Shown here: one piece after another, positions 1 to 11,900 of the stretch
Position numbering within the stretch: the first letter of the stretch is position 1
How the letters are laid out: the number at the start of each line of letters is the position of its first letter
Assembly (NCBI RefSeq): GCF_023055435.1
Contig: NW_025964223.1
Location: 35,650,001-35,714,000, forward strand
DNA: 64,000 nt
Direction: 5' to 3'
From: Haliotis rufescens
Lineage: Eukaryota
The notes under the pieces: model-generated
What the model was told of the DNA's origin: nothing
What the model saw: only the letters and a program-made list of their open reading frames with translations
The model's database searches: none
Program-made: the position numbers and the translations under genes

Positions 1-592
1 TTCAAAGCTGGATTTAGATTGAAATAATTACCCCAGACACAATAAATGCCAAATGGGAACCTTTGTCAGGTAATCTAAGTGGTGCTACCACTAATTGTAC
101 CTGTAATAAATTAATTAACTGAGCATCAAGTGAATGACGACAAATACACAAGTATAGGGTTATATGAGAAAACATGGATGACAACAAGGGAGTAGTAATC
201 GTATTATCGACGCAATCCGAAATCCGAAAATGCTTTCACTGCATGGATACTTTTTTTAGTGTTAAACTATAACCATCTGGGGTATTTCCAAATGACGACA
301 TCCGATGAGCTCCGCCGTTCTTTTTGTCTGTTAGTTTAGGCTGAAGAAATTAATTAACATGCACCCTTTGTCGAAATCTTTAAAGATCACGGTTAACCAA
401 TCAGTGTTTATGCAAAAATGCGTAAAACAAATATTGCCTCCAGCCTCCAAGTTTATTTAGCTGTCCTTGCAGACGGTAGCCCAGTCTCTGGTCACGCTCA
501 GTTGCGTTGCGTATCATCCGGGTACTCACGGGAAAAAAAACAATAACAAAGGCAATAACCAGTCCGGGGAATTGCGTTAGATCAGTGCCCCT
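1..592. mobile_element. Right part of a non-autonomous TTAA-flanked DNA transposon (Kolobok-like); left part lies outside the window
   Basis: 1-508 aligns in direct orientation with 40014-40514. Ends ...gatcagtgcccct followed by ttaa (593-596), the reverse complement of the terminus at 38523 (ttaa-aggggcactga). RR..YY termini with a TTAA target fit Kolobok. Confidence 0.7.
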
Positions 593-1468
593 TTAATCCA
601 ACCTTTACCTTAATCCAATCAAACAGCAAATAGCACTGCTTATTAGCACTGAGTAGAGCACTTCTGTAAAAACAATAAACAGTGTTTTTTCTAAAACACA
701 ACACAGTTTAAATGTGTATTCTGTTGACTGACATGAAGGAAGTTCAAAGGCAATAAAATAATTGAACCAACAAGAATTCCCTGATTGGTATGCAGAGGTG
801 TCAACAAGCTTGAAGGCAAATGACAGGACAAAGGCTATAGATCTGAGGAGTGTGATGAAGCCTATCTGTGCGAATTGGGTCATGTCAGCCTTTCACAAAG
901 TGTTGCATGGGTGGCATCTGTCTGGACAGCTGGAGTGTTCAGTGATGCCTAGTTTGACACAAGTGGGTAGAACTCTTGACCCCAGCAGTGATAAGTCACC
1001 GGATGCCTATTGTGTAATTCCTATTTCTATTCTTTGAATGACATTGTTATATACTTGTTACAACTGCTGCTCAATAAACCGTGTTTGTGTTTATATTCAA
1101 ACTGGTATTTCCACTATCCAAAGTGTGTAGTGACTCGCTCTTATTGTTGATAGTAATATTGGAGACATAAATGCGAAGTTTAATAAATGCAAACAAAGAC
1201 TACTTGCATTTTTCGCATTAAATTCACGCTCGCATTAATTTCAAGGTTTACAGTATTATCTGGTGTTTGGTGGAGTATTGAACAACTGGTTTGTGATAAA
1301 CAAAGTCTTGTATAAGCAATTGTGAAGAAAGGTTGGGCAGACAGGGTGATGGTCATGTGCATGTAAATTTTACTGATATTGCAAGAGATGCTGCATGTGT
1401 ATGTACGCTAGATAAAACATTATTTTGTAGACCCCTGTAGACACTGTCTTCTTATGGCTTAAACTGTC

Positions 1469-1846
1469 TTCACATATGATAAATGTAGAACATACACTGT
1501 CTTTACATTGATTTATGTTGCATATACTGTCCTCACGTGGGATATATGTAGCACATACACTGTCTTCCCGTGGGATATGTGTAGCACATACACTGTCCTC
1601 ACATGGGCTATATATAGCACATACACTGTCTTCACATGGGATATATGTAGCACATATACTGTCTTCCCGTGGGATATGTGTAGCACATACACTGTCCTCA
1701 CATGGGATATATATAGCACATACACTGTCTTCCCGTTGGATATATGTAGAACATACTGTCCTCACATGTGATATATGTGGTACATACACTGTCTTCACAT
1801 GGGATATATGTAGCACATACACTGTCTGCACATGGGATATATGTAG
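1469..1846. repeat. 33-bp minisatellite, about 11 copies (catacactgtcttcacatgggatatatgtagca)
   Basis: Direct tandem units visible; overlapping ORFs show 11-aa periodicity. Confidence 0.9.
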
Positions 1847-2161
1847 TATGTCACATGTCATTAGATTAGGTGATGTTTGCATGAAATCAAAATCTGTAGG
1901 ACAGCTGGCAGAACATACAACAACATCTACAGTCTTCAGGCACAATCGGAATATGTCCCTTCGGTTTGGGGATCTCATTGTAAATGCTGAATAATACTTT
2001 AGCCTGGTTCTTGACTTTGTTGTGTCTATAATGTATTGTTGACACAGTACGTAGTAAAATTGTTGCCTTAATTGATCCTTTTACCTTGTCTTTTGTGCAA
2101 TCTGCTGATATCTAGGAATGAGAGAATAACTGTGACCATTTATTGTCTGCCAGCTGAGAGT

Positions 2162-2369
2162 ATGTCTATGGCACCAGCACGCCAGGCCAGTTCCCAGGCG
2201 AAGGCAGAACAACGCTACTTCCGGATCCCTTTCTCTCGCCCAGCAGACGAGTACAGAGATGGAGGTGTGGAGAAGAAACATGGCTTCTGGTTTGCCCACT
2301 TTGATGGTCAGTGGATAGCCAGACAGATGGAGTGTTACCCTGGGAAACAGCCAGTTCTCTTTCTGGCAG
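2162..2369 (+). CDS. Small uncharacterised protein (132 aa), coding exon 1
   Basis: Acceptor tgtctgccag ends at 2153, ATG at 2162, donor CAG|gtaggt at 2370 (phase 1). Encodes MSMAPARQ...RYFRIPFSRPADEY...GFWFAHFDGQWIARQMECYPGKQPVLFLA. Confidence 0.8.
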
Positions 2370-3244
2370 GTAGGTGATCTCAGCAGACTGTCAGAGAATA
2401 GTGAGTACTTCTGGTGACTCTGTCTAAGCATTAAATCAGTGATCTGTGTACTGGTTATTGTTGAGTGCAGTTTCATGCTTCAGGCAGCAATAAAAAATTT
2501 TAAGTCATCTATTTCACGGCAGCCTGTTAATAAACAGTGACTCACAGCATAGGCATTGATCCATGCCCTTTAGGCACAATGACATGCATTCCACCAATTT
2601 ACACATCGTAACACCATCTGTTTTGAAAATTATTTTTTCCTGAATGATGCTGGTTACAGTGTTTACAAAATTCTTACCTGATCTTACCTGGTTGCCATGG
2701 CACCAATATTGAAAATGTCATCAGTTTTCATGTATCTTAGTGCAATTTGGTATGACTTACAACAACAAATTATGTTTTCCTGTATCAAATCGATAGTGCC
2801 ATTGGTCATGTAGTACTCTCAAGTTGTTCTGTGAGGAAGTCTGTTTAGTAGAGATCTCTGTTATATCTGTTGTATATCCTTTTTCACCCTTGTATGACTC
2901 TACTGATCATAATATTCCAGATTTTAGATGAGCTACTATTGTATTGTTGCATCTTCCTGATAACTGTTACTGTAGTGTAGGATTTGAAAGGCATTTAGAA
3001 GTGATACACATAAGGAAGAGGTGTTCCTGATTTTACATCTACTCAAGTTTCTATGAGGAATAAAAAATCAAAGTCCTTTTCTTTTCATTTTATTTGGTCA
3101 GTTTATAAGTGGTGGGTAAACTTTTATTCAGAAATAACTAAACATGGTTACAATGTATTTGTTATATGATGGCTGTGTATGACACTGCTTACTGTCTGGA
3201 GCTACCAGAGCAATGGTACACTGACTGTTGACTTTCCCCTGCAG

Positions 3245-3435
3245 GTGTGGATGACATGCAGATGTGTGAACTGAGCCTACAGGAAACTGGTTTAACCAAT
3301 CGGAAGGGAGCTGAAATTTTGGAGAATGAGTTTGAAGAGGAGTGGAGCAAATTTGATGGTGGAGCTATTCTAAAGAAGAATTCCCAGAGAGTCTCCTCAA
3401 AATACCTGCAAAAGAAACTAGGCATTACTAAATAA
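3245..3435 (+). CDS. Small uncharacterised protein (132 aa), coding exon 2 with stop
   Basis: Acceptor actttcccctgcag ends at 3244. Phase 1 joins exon 1 in frame: [37 protein letters not shown]...LGITK, stop TAA at 3433-3435. Confidence 0.8.
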
Positions 3436-4186
3436 TTATTTTAATTAGTTCAGTGCATATCAGATGTAGAGTATTTATAACATGGTGAAAGAGCATATTT
3501 GTATATGAGGCTTGATTTACTGAGCACAGACACAGATAACTAATCCATATTACTGTCCATGCAGTGACCTTCAGAAACAATTGATCAAGGATGACATTTC
3601 TCCTGAGATCAGGTGGCAGTGAGAACTTGACAAAGTGAACCCAAAACATCTTAGTTCAGTTTGACACACAGGAAGAACAAGTGCTGTTTAAGAAGTAGAG
3701 TGACTGTTATACACCTCTAGTTTGGTATGTGCTTGTTTATTTGGTATGAGGGAATATTTGATGGTTGGTATACTACATTTATTGGTCAATTAACATTGAG
3801 CCTCTCTTTGATTATGTAGGCAATTTTGTTAAATGTTATTGAAACATACTGAATTCAAAGCTTTACACCAGCCTTTTTTTGCGAAACCAATCTTTAATAC
3901 TGTCAAAGATTTATTATTGTTAAGTGTGTTTTAGAATGTAAGTATTGACTATAGCATGTTTTATTTGTACTTAGTTGTGTTCAGGTAGAAGGTAGGCTGC
4001 TGGCATGCCCTGTTGTTATGTTTTGTTTCTGGCATCAGAACAGATTACCAGTTTAGTTCCAGTGCAGGTCGGGAGGATTACTGATTAATTAGACTTAGAC
4101 AATACAAACAAATGTTTACATGTTAATAACATGTTGTGTGGCATAACATCTACAGGAGACAGTACTGTTGGAGACTTAACACTTCA

Positions 4187-5553
4187 TGGCCAACATGTTG
4201 TGGGGTGGTGACATCACATGCCTCCTGTGGCCAACATGTTGCTGAGTGGTGACATCACATGCCTCCAGTGGCCAACATGTTGTGGGGTGGTGACATCACA
4301 TGCCTCCTGTGGCCAACATGTTGTGGGGTGGTGACATCACATGCCTCCTGTGGCCAACATGGTGCTGAGTGGTGACATCACATGCCTCCTGTGGCCAACA
4401 TGTTGTGGAGTGGTGACATCACATGCCTCCTGTGGCCAACATGTTGTGGGGTGGTGACATCACATGCCTCCTGTAGCCAACATGTTGTGGGGTGGTGACA
4501 TCACATGCCTCCTGTGACCAACATGTTGCTGAGTGGTGACATCACATGCCTCCTGTGGCCAACATGTTGTGGGGTGGTGACATCACATGCCTCCTGTGGC
4601 CAACATGTTGCTGAGTTGTGACATCACATGCCTCCTGTGGCCAACATGTTGCTGAGTGGTGACATCACATGCCTCCTGTGGCCAACATGTTGTGGAGTGG
4701 TGACATCACATGCCTCCTGTGGCCAACATGTTGCTGAGTGGTGACATCACATGCCTCCTGTGACCAACATGTTGTGGAATGGTGACATCACATGCCTCCT
4801 GTGGCCAACATGTTGTGGGGTGGTGACATCACATGCCTCCTGTGGCCAACATGTTGTGGGATGGTGACATCACATGCCTCCTGTGGCCAACATGTTGTGG
4901 GGTGGTGACATCACATGCCTCCTGTGACCAACATGTTGCTGAGTGGTGACATCACATGCCTCCTGTGGCCAACATGTTGTGGGGTGGTGACATCACATGC
5001 CTCCTGTGGCCAACATGTTGTGGGGTGGTGACATCACATGCCTCCTGTGACGAACATGTTGTTAGGTAGGTGACATCACATGCCTCCTGTGGCCAACATG
5101 TTGCTGAGTGGTGACATCACATGCCTCCTGTGGCCAACATGTTGTGGGGTGGTGACATCACATGCCTCCTGTGGTCAACATGTTGTGGGGTGGTGACATC
5201 ACATGCCTCCTGTGGCCAACATGTTGTGGGGTGGTGACATCACATGCCTCCTGTGGCCAACATGTTGCTGAGTGGTGACATCACATGCCTCCTGTGGCCA
5301 ACATGTTGTGGGGTGGTGACATCACATGCCTCCTGTGGCCAACATGTTGCTGAGTGGTGACATCACATGCCTCCTGTGGCCAACATGTGGGGTGGTGACA
5401 TCACATGCCTCCTGTGGCCAACATGTTGCTGAGTGGTGACATCACATGCCTCCTGTGGCCAACATTTTGTGGGGTGATGACATCACATGCCTCCTGTGGC
5501 CAACATGTTGTGGGGTGGTGACATCACATGCCTCCTGTGGCCAACATGTTGTG
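4187..5553. repeat. 41-bp minisatellite, about 33 copies (tggccaacatgttgtggggtggtgacatcacatgcctcctg)
   Basis: Highly homogeneous tandem array with two interspersed variants (gtggggt / gctgagt). Confidence 0.95.
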
Positions 5554-7266
5554 ACCAGGTTGTGGGAGAATGTTTTCAAGGAATTGCATTTGAAACTTCC
5601 CTTATACAAATATTTTCTTGTGAAGTTGTGTAGTTTGTTATGTCGTAACTTTTATTTATTGTTTAAAATACTTGATTACATTGTCGATTTATGTCCTACT
5701 GTCTCTTGAAATGAAAATCCATCAAGCATTCTTATATTGTGATTCCACAGTGTTCTCTACATTTGATGACATGTCCCTGCCTCAGTAGGCTCAATGTTGT
5801 GGTCTTCATGTGATTATTGTTACAAGTATGAAATAATTCAAGTGTCAACCATCTTTATGATGATTGGCAGAATTACACCAGCTATTTTTATTATTGTTTC
5901 ACCTTATCGGAACACCATCATTCTGTTCTGAATAACATCACATATTTACATTTCAGTCCTCTTTTATCCCTTTATCCTGTGATCACACCAACAATTAGGA
6001 TATATTTTTAGATGTTTTTATGGAGTACAAGTGATACTGCAATCATTCCTGGCACATGGTGACTGTCATGTTTTCCTGGAGTACCACAAGTTGTGGGTTA
6101 TATACAAGCCAGAGGATAAGTGTACTGCACTGTGCCTGTCCCACAGATCCCTCCATACTCTGTGCTATGCAGTTGTCTGTACACCAACAGGGAACATGTT
6201 GACTTGTTAACAGATTAATATTTGTTTGTTCATGTACAAGAGTGAATATAAGTACTGTTATTTGGTATGTTTGTGTCTGAAGTGAAGTGTGTTGATGTTT
6301 TGTGTTGATCCATTGAGACCCTAAATATTGCATTCCCCCGAGGGCAGTTTTAGGTTCTGGTCATCCAACCTGACACTGGCTTTTATGCTCCGTGGAGCTG
6401 ATTTGGTAACGTATGTATGAAATTAAGTAAAAGCACAAATGATATTCTATAAGAAAATGTGGATGAGAAAGGTGAAGATGTTTCTGAGGTCGCCCACCAG
6501 TAAAGTAAGGTATATCATTGCAACATTACAATTTCAGGTTAATTGACTTCCTAAATATTATGCCTTCTCTTAAAAAAAGATAGTGCTTGTTATAGGATGA
6601 GTGTTCATCTGATCTGAATCCTCTATTCATTGTAGCATTTGCTAGATCCCATAACAAATATCCTAATTCTGATGATTTTTAGAAAAGATTATTAGAAGCA
6701 ATCCTAATGAACCATTTATGAGTAGAATAAATGAAAAATGCTGTGGGGCAGGTGTCACATGAAGCTACAGCTTGGTCAGATGAAACCTCATGTAAGCTGA
6801 ACCTATGCTGCTGGTAATTCAGGCCACACAGTATATCTTCACATCTGGTCATGACAAGCTTGTGGGCCTACAAGCCTCACTTGTGACACATACATATGGC
6901 ATGTGCTTACTGTTAATACATGGGATACCAATGGTCAGGGTCACAGTTTACAATCCCACCTATTTATTTATATTTTACCCCTTTTTTTTCTTCATGGCTT
7001 TTGCAGAATCCTACGTACACATGCATACTGATACCCTATGGTTAAATGGTATATAGCCAATAGCTGAAAGTCAATTGTTTGTGGTTGGGGGAACTTCAGA
7101 TTCGGACACAAAGCTTACTTATGAAACTGTTCAAAATGAAACATGAAGTGTTTTGTTGGGCCAGCTCTGTGAATGTATGCACAATTTGGTCATGTTTACA
7201 GCACCATCACTTATTGTTGGCCATGTCACTCAGTCTATTCTAAGCTTCTCTGTATTGTGTGTAATG

Positions 7267-7272
7267 AATAAA
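7267..7272 (+). promoter_or_regulatory. Candidate poly(A) signal for the small + strand gene
   Basis: AATAAA followed about 20 nt later by a GT/T-rich tract (tgtttcattgtttttgtt). Assignment to this gene is inference. Confidence 0.3.
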
Positions 7273-7827
7273 GAGGATTGACACCAAATGTTTCATTGTT
7301 TTTGTTCGACAGATCCTGAAACAGAAATAATTAACTTATGGATTTAAACTTTTGTTTCAATGTGAACTTGATGTCACTCTTGACCTTTTCAGACCTGTGT
7401 CCTGCCATAATGATGAAAGATACCAAGTTTCATTAACTAACAGAAAATCTTTGAATTAGTCAGGAAAGTTTTTGACCTGCAGGACGACCTTACAACTTGA
7501 CATATCAATGTGCAAATATTATTTCCTAGGGTTGTAAAGGAGACACATAATCTGATTGTGTGTCATTACAAGGGAGACGTGTACCAAGTTGCGTTGATGT
7601 ACAGTAAATACTTTTTGAATTATCAGGCCTCCATGATGATCTTGAATACCTATGACATGATGTGTCAAACATTTCCCAGGTTATAAAGGAGATAGCACTC
7701 CATGGATACTAGTGTCATATTATGTATATGTGGCTACTTATATATTGGCTTTTGAATGTGCTCAATTCAACATTCAGGGAATTGCATGAAGAAAGCCATG
7801 ATTGTAATGTAAGCAATTGGTTGCTTT

Positions 7828-7937
7828 GACACCGCTTTTAGCAATATCACAACTACGGACACCAGAAATGGGCAATAAAACCCTGGTCTTCAGCATGACG
7901 CGCGAGTGCTCTAACCATGAGGCTACACAACCGCCTC
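7828..7937 (-). mobile_element. Degenerate tRNA-derived SINE fragment
   Basis: Reverse complement begins ggcggttgtgtagcctcatggttagagcactcgcgcgtcatgctgaagaccagggttt, an A-box-like tRNA head. Confidence 0.45.
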
Positions 7938-8263
7938 TTTGTAACAATAATAATCATGACAGCAAACAAATGATAAGCATTGGGAATTCACTCTGACAGG
8001 TTGCTAATGATCTCAACAAACCAATGTGTGATTTCAGTGTGGAAGATCCCTGTACTGCTAAAAGTTTACCTCAACCCCATTCTTCATTTCTGGGATGAAC
8101 TTGAAAGTCATGTGAGCCAACATCTTGTAATATCTTTCAATCTGGACTGTCTGTTTGCAGCATTGCAAGACACAAGCCATTGATTAGTAACCTCATCCAG
8201 TGCATGGTCAGACAATTTGACATGACAACACATAGACATTAATTACATTGTAAAAACAGCACG

Positions 8264-8269
8264 TTTATT
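8264..8269 (-). promoter_or_regulatory. Candidate poly(A) signal of TMEM39
   Basis: AATAAA on the - strand about 60 nt after the TMEM39 stop codon. Confidence 0.45.
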
Positions 8270-8331
8270 ACATTACTGACATGTTCCACAACAAAAACTG
8301 CAATTGCTACATGGCAACACAGTATCTGAGG

Positions 8332-8559
8332 CTAAGAGTTGCTGTTAATACTCTCTTCTTCCTTGTAGCACTTGGCCATAATGAACCTGTCCCTCATCAG
8401 TTTAAATAATGTATAGTAGTTACAGAACAGAATGAGAGCCAGGCAGATGATGTGACTCCACTCCATGCACTGCAGCAAGCGGAAAAACTGATATGCCACC
8501 AACAACCAGGCCAAGATTAGCAACCAGTTGATAACCCGAAGTGGCTTGTGAAACAGGAA
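8332..8559 (-). CDS. TMEM39: TMEM39-family membrane protein, last coding exon
   Basis: FLFHKPLRVINWLL...YQFFRLLQCMEWSHIICLALILFCNYYTLFKLMRDRFIMAKCY...stop matches the TMEM39A/B C-terminus. Acceptor ttttgcag, phase 0. Confidence 0.93.
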   Translation of the reverse strand, partial: FLFHKPLRVINWLLILAWLLVAYQFFRLLQCMEWSHIICLALILFCNYYTLFKLMRDRFIMAKCYKEEESINSNS

Positions 8560-8794
8560 CTGCAAAATTAAAAAAAAATATGAAAAAAAGACACTCGCTG
8601 GTAATGTGGCATTGTTTGTAGTACTCAGCACATATCCAATATAACTACATGTGTGCTTTGTAAGCATTTTCATAAACTACTGAACACTTGTCTTGAATCA
8701 TATTGTTCTTACAAAGGGGCCCATGTTTCACAAGGTATTAATTATGGTAATAAACATACATATTCCAACAATTGAAAGAAAATATTCCACTTAC

Positions 8795-8915
8795 ATAAAA
8801 TCTGCCATGCATGCTGTTTCCTGGTTCAGCTGTGACATTTATACCTTCAGCTTTAAACAAACCCCTGACATGTTTGACTAGAGCACCTTGTGGCCACACC
8901 TGCAGCTCCGACCAC
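8795..8915 (-). CDS. TMEM39: TMEM39 exon (121 nt)
   Basis: Hand-translated WSELQVWPQGALVKHVRGLFKAEGINVTAEPGNSMHGRFY; flanked by tgtttcag and gtaagt; phases fit the neighbouring exons. Confidence 0.93.
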
Positions 8916-8916
8916 C

Positions 8917-11900
8917 TGAAACAGAAGACATACAGGGGCTACAGAGTGAGATCAGACACACAGGGACTGTACACCAACAGCAGACATACAGGGACTACAC
9001 TGTGAGAGCAGACATACAGGGTGTATCCAGTGACATCATACATACAGAGTTACAGCAGACATACAAGGTGTATCCAGTGACACCAGACATACAGGAGCTA
9101 CACAGTTACAGCAGACATACAGTGTGTATCCAGTGACACCAGACATACAGGGTGTATCCAGTGACACCAGACATACAGGGTGTATCCAGTGACACCAGAC
9201 ATACAGGGTGTATCCAGTGACACCAGACATACAGGAGCTACACAGTTACAGCAGACATACAAGGTGTATCTAGTGACACCAGACATACAGGGTGTATCCA
9301 GTGACGCCAGGCATACAGGGTGTATCCAGTGACATCAGACATACAGGGACTACACAGTGAACACCAGACATACAAGGTGTAACAAGTGACAGCAGACATA
9401 CAGGGTGTATCCAGTGACGCCAGGCATACAGGGTGTATCCAGTGACACCAGACATACAGGGACTACACAGTGAACACCAGACATACAGGGACTACACAGT
9501 GAACACCAGACATACAGTTTGTATCCAGTAACATCAGACATACAGGGACTACACAGTGACAGCAGACGTACAGGGTGTATCCAGTGACAGCAGACATACA
9601 GGGACTACACAGTGACACCAGACTTACAAGGTGTATCCAGTGACACCAGACATACAGGGTGTATCCAGTGACACTAGACATACAGTGTGTATCCAGTGAC
9701 ACCAGACATACAGGGTGTATCTAGTGACACCAGACATACAGGGGCTACACAGTTACAGCAGACATACAGGGTGTATCCAGTGACACCATACAGTTTGTAT
9801 CCAGTGACATCAGATGTACAGGGACTAAACAGTGACAGCAGACGTACAGGGTGTATCCAGTGAAAGCAGACGTACAGGGACTACACAGTGACAGCAGACA
9901 TACAGGGTGTATCCAGTGACAGCAGACATACAGGGACTACACATTGACAGCAGACATACAGGGACTACACAGTGAACACCAGACATACAAGGTGTATCCA
10001 GTAACAGCAGACATACAAGGCATATCCAGTGACAGCAGACATACAGGGTGTATCCAGTGACAGCAGACATACAGGGACTACACAGTGACACCAGACATAC
10101 AAGGTGTATCCAGTGACACCATGCATACAGGGTGTATCCAGTGACACCAGACATACAGGGTGTATCCAGTGACACCAGACATACAGGGGCTACACAGTTA
10201 CATCAGACATACAGTGTGTATCCAGTGACACCAGACATACAGGGTGTATCTAGTGACACCAGACATACAGGGGCTACACAGTTACAGCAGACATACAGGG
10301 TGTATCCATTGACACCAGACATACAGGGTGTATCCAGTGACACCATACAGTTTGTATCCAGTGACATCAGATGTACAGGGACTAAACAGTGACAGCAGAC
10401 GTACAGGTTGTATCCAGTGACAGCAGACGTACAGGGAATACACAGTGACAGCAGACATACAGGGTGTATCCAGTGACAGCAGACATGCAGGGACTACACA
10501 GTGACAGCAGACATAAAGGGCGTATCCAGTGACAGCAGACATACAGGGTGTATCCAGTGACAGCAGACATACAGGGACTTCACAGTGACAGCAGACATAC
10601 AGGGACTACACAGTGAACACCAGACATACAGGGTGTATCCAGTGACAGCAGACATACATGGCGTATCCAGTGACAGCAGACATACAGGGTGTATCCAGTG
10701 ACACCAGACATACAGGGTGTATCCAGTGACACCAGACATACAGGGACTACACAGTGACAGCAGACATACAGGGACTACACAGTGAACACCAGACATACAG
10801 GGTGTATCCAGTGACATCAGAAATACAGGGCATATCCAGTGACAGACATACAGGGTGTATCCAGTGACACCAGACATACAGGGTGTATCCAGTGACACCA
10901 GACATACAGGGGCTACACAGTTACAGCAGACATACAGGGACTACACAGTGACAGCAGACATACATGGACTACACAGTGACAGCAGGCATACAGGGACTAC
11001 ACAGTGACAGCAAGCATACAAAGGCTACACAGTGACAGCAGACATACAAAGGCTACACAGTGACAGCAGGCATACAGGGACTACACAGTGACAGCAGACA
11101 TACAGGACTACACAGTGACAGCAGACATACATGGACTACACAGTGACAGCAGACATACAAAGGCTACACAGTGACAGCAGACATACAAAGGCTACACAGC
11201 GACAGGAGGCATACAGGGACTACACAGTGACAGCAGACATACAGGGACTTCACAGTGACAGCAGGCATACAGGGGCTACACAGTGACAGCAGACATTCAG
11301 AGCCTACACAGTGACAGCAGACATACATGGTGTATCCAGTGACAGCAGACATACAGGGTGTATCCAGGGACAGCAGACATACAGGGCCTTCACAGTGACA
11401 GCAGACATACAGGGACTTCACAGTGAACACCAAACATACAGGGTGTATCCAGTGACATCAGAAATACAGGGCATATCCAGTGACAGACATACAGGGTGTA
11501 TCCAGTGACACCAGACATACAGGGTGTATCCAGTGACACCAGACATACAGGGGCTACACAGTTACAGCAGACATACAGGGGCTACACAGTGACCCAAGAT
11601 GTACAGGGTGTATCCAGTGACATCAGACATACAGGGACTACACAGTGACAGCAGACATACAGGGTGTATCCAGTGACAGCAGACATACATGGTGTATCCA
11701 GTGTCAGCAGATGTACAGGGACTACACAGTGACAGCAGACGTACAGGGTGTATCCAGTGACAGGAGACATACAGGGACTACACAGTGACAGCAGACATAC
11801 AGGGACTACACAGTGACAGCAGACATACAGGGGCTACATAGTGACAGCAGACATACAAGGGCTACACAGTGACAGCAGACATACAGGGTGTATAGAGTGA

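Noticed and set aside
1370-1994. Overlapping ORFs of 70-202 aa
   Set aside because: They arise from the 33-bp repeat, whose length is a multiple of three.
4187-5553. CRISPR-like appearance of this and the other arrays
   Set aside because: Head-to-tail units without unique spacers, no cas genes, and a eukaryotic spliced-gene context.
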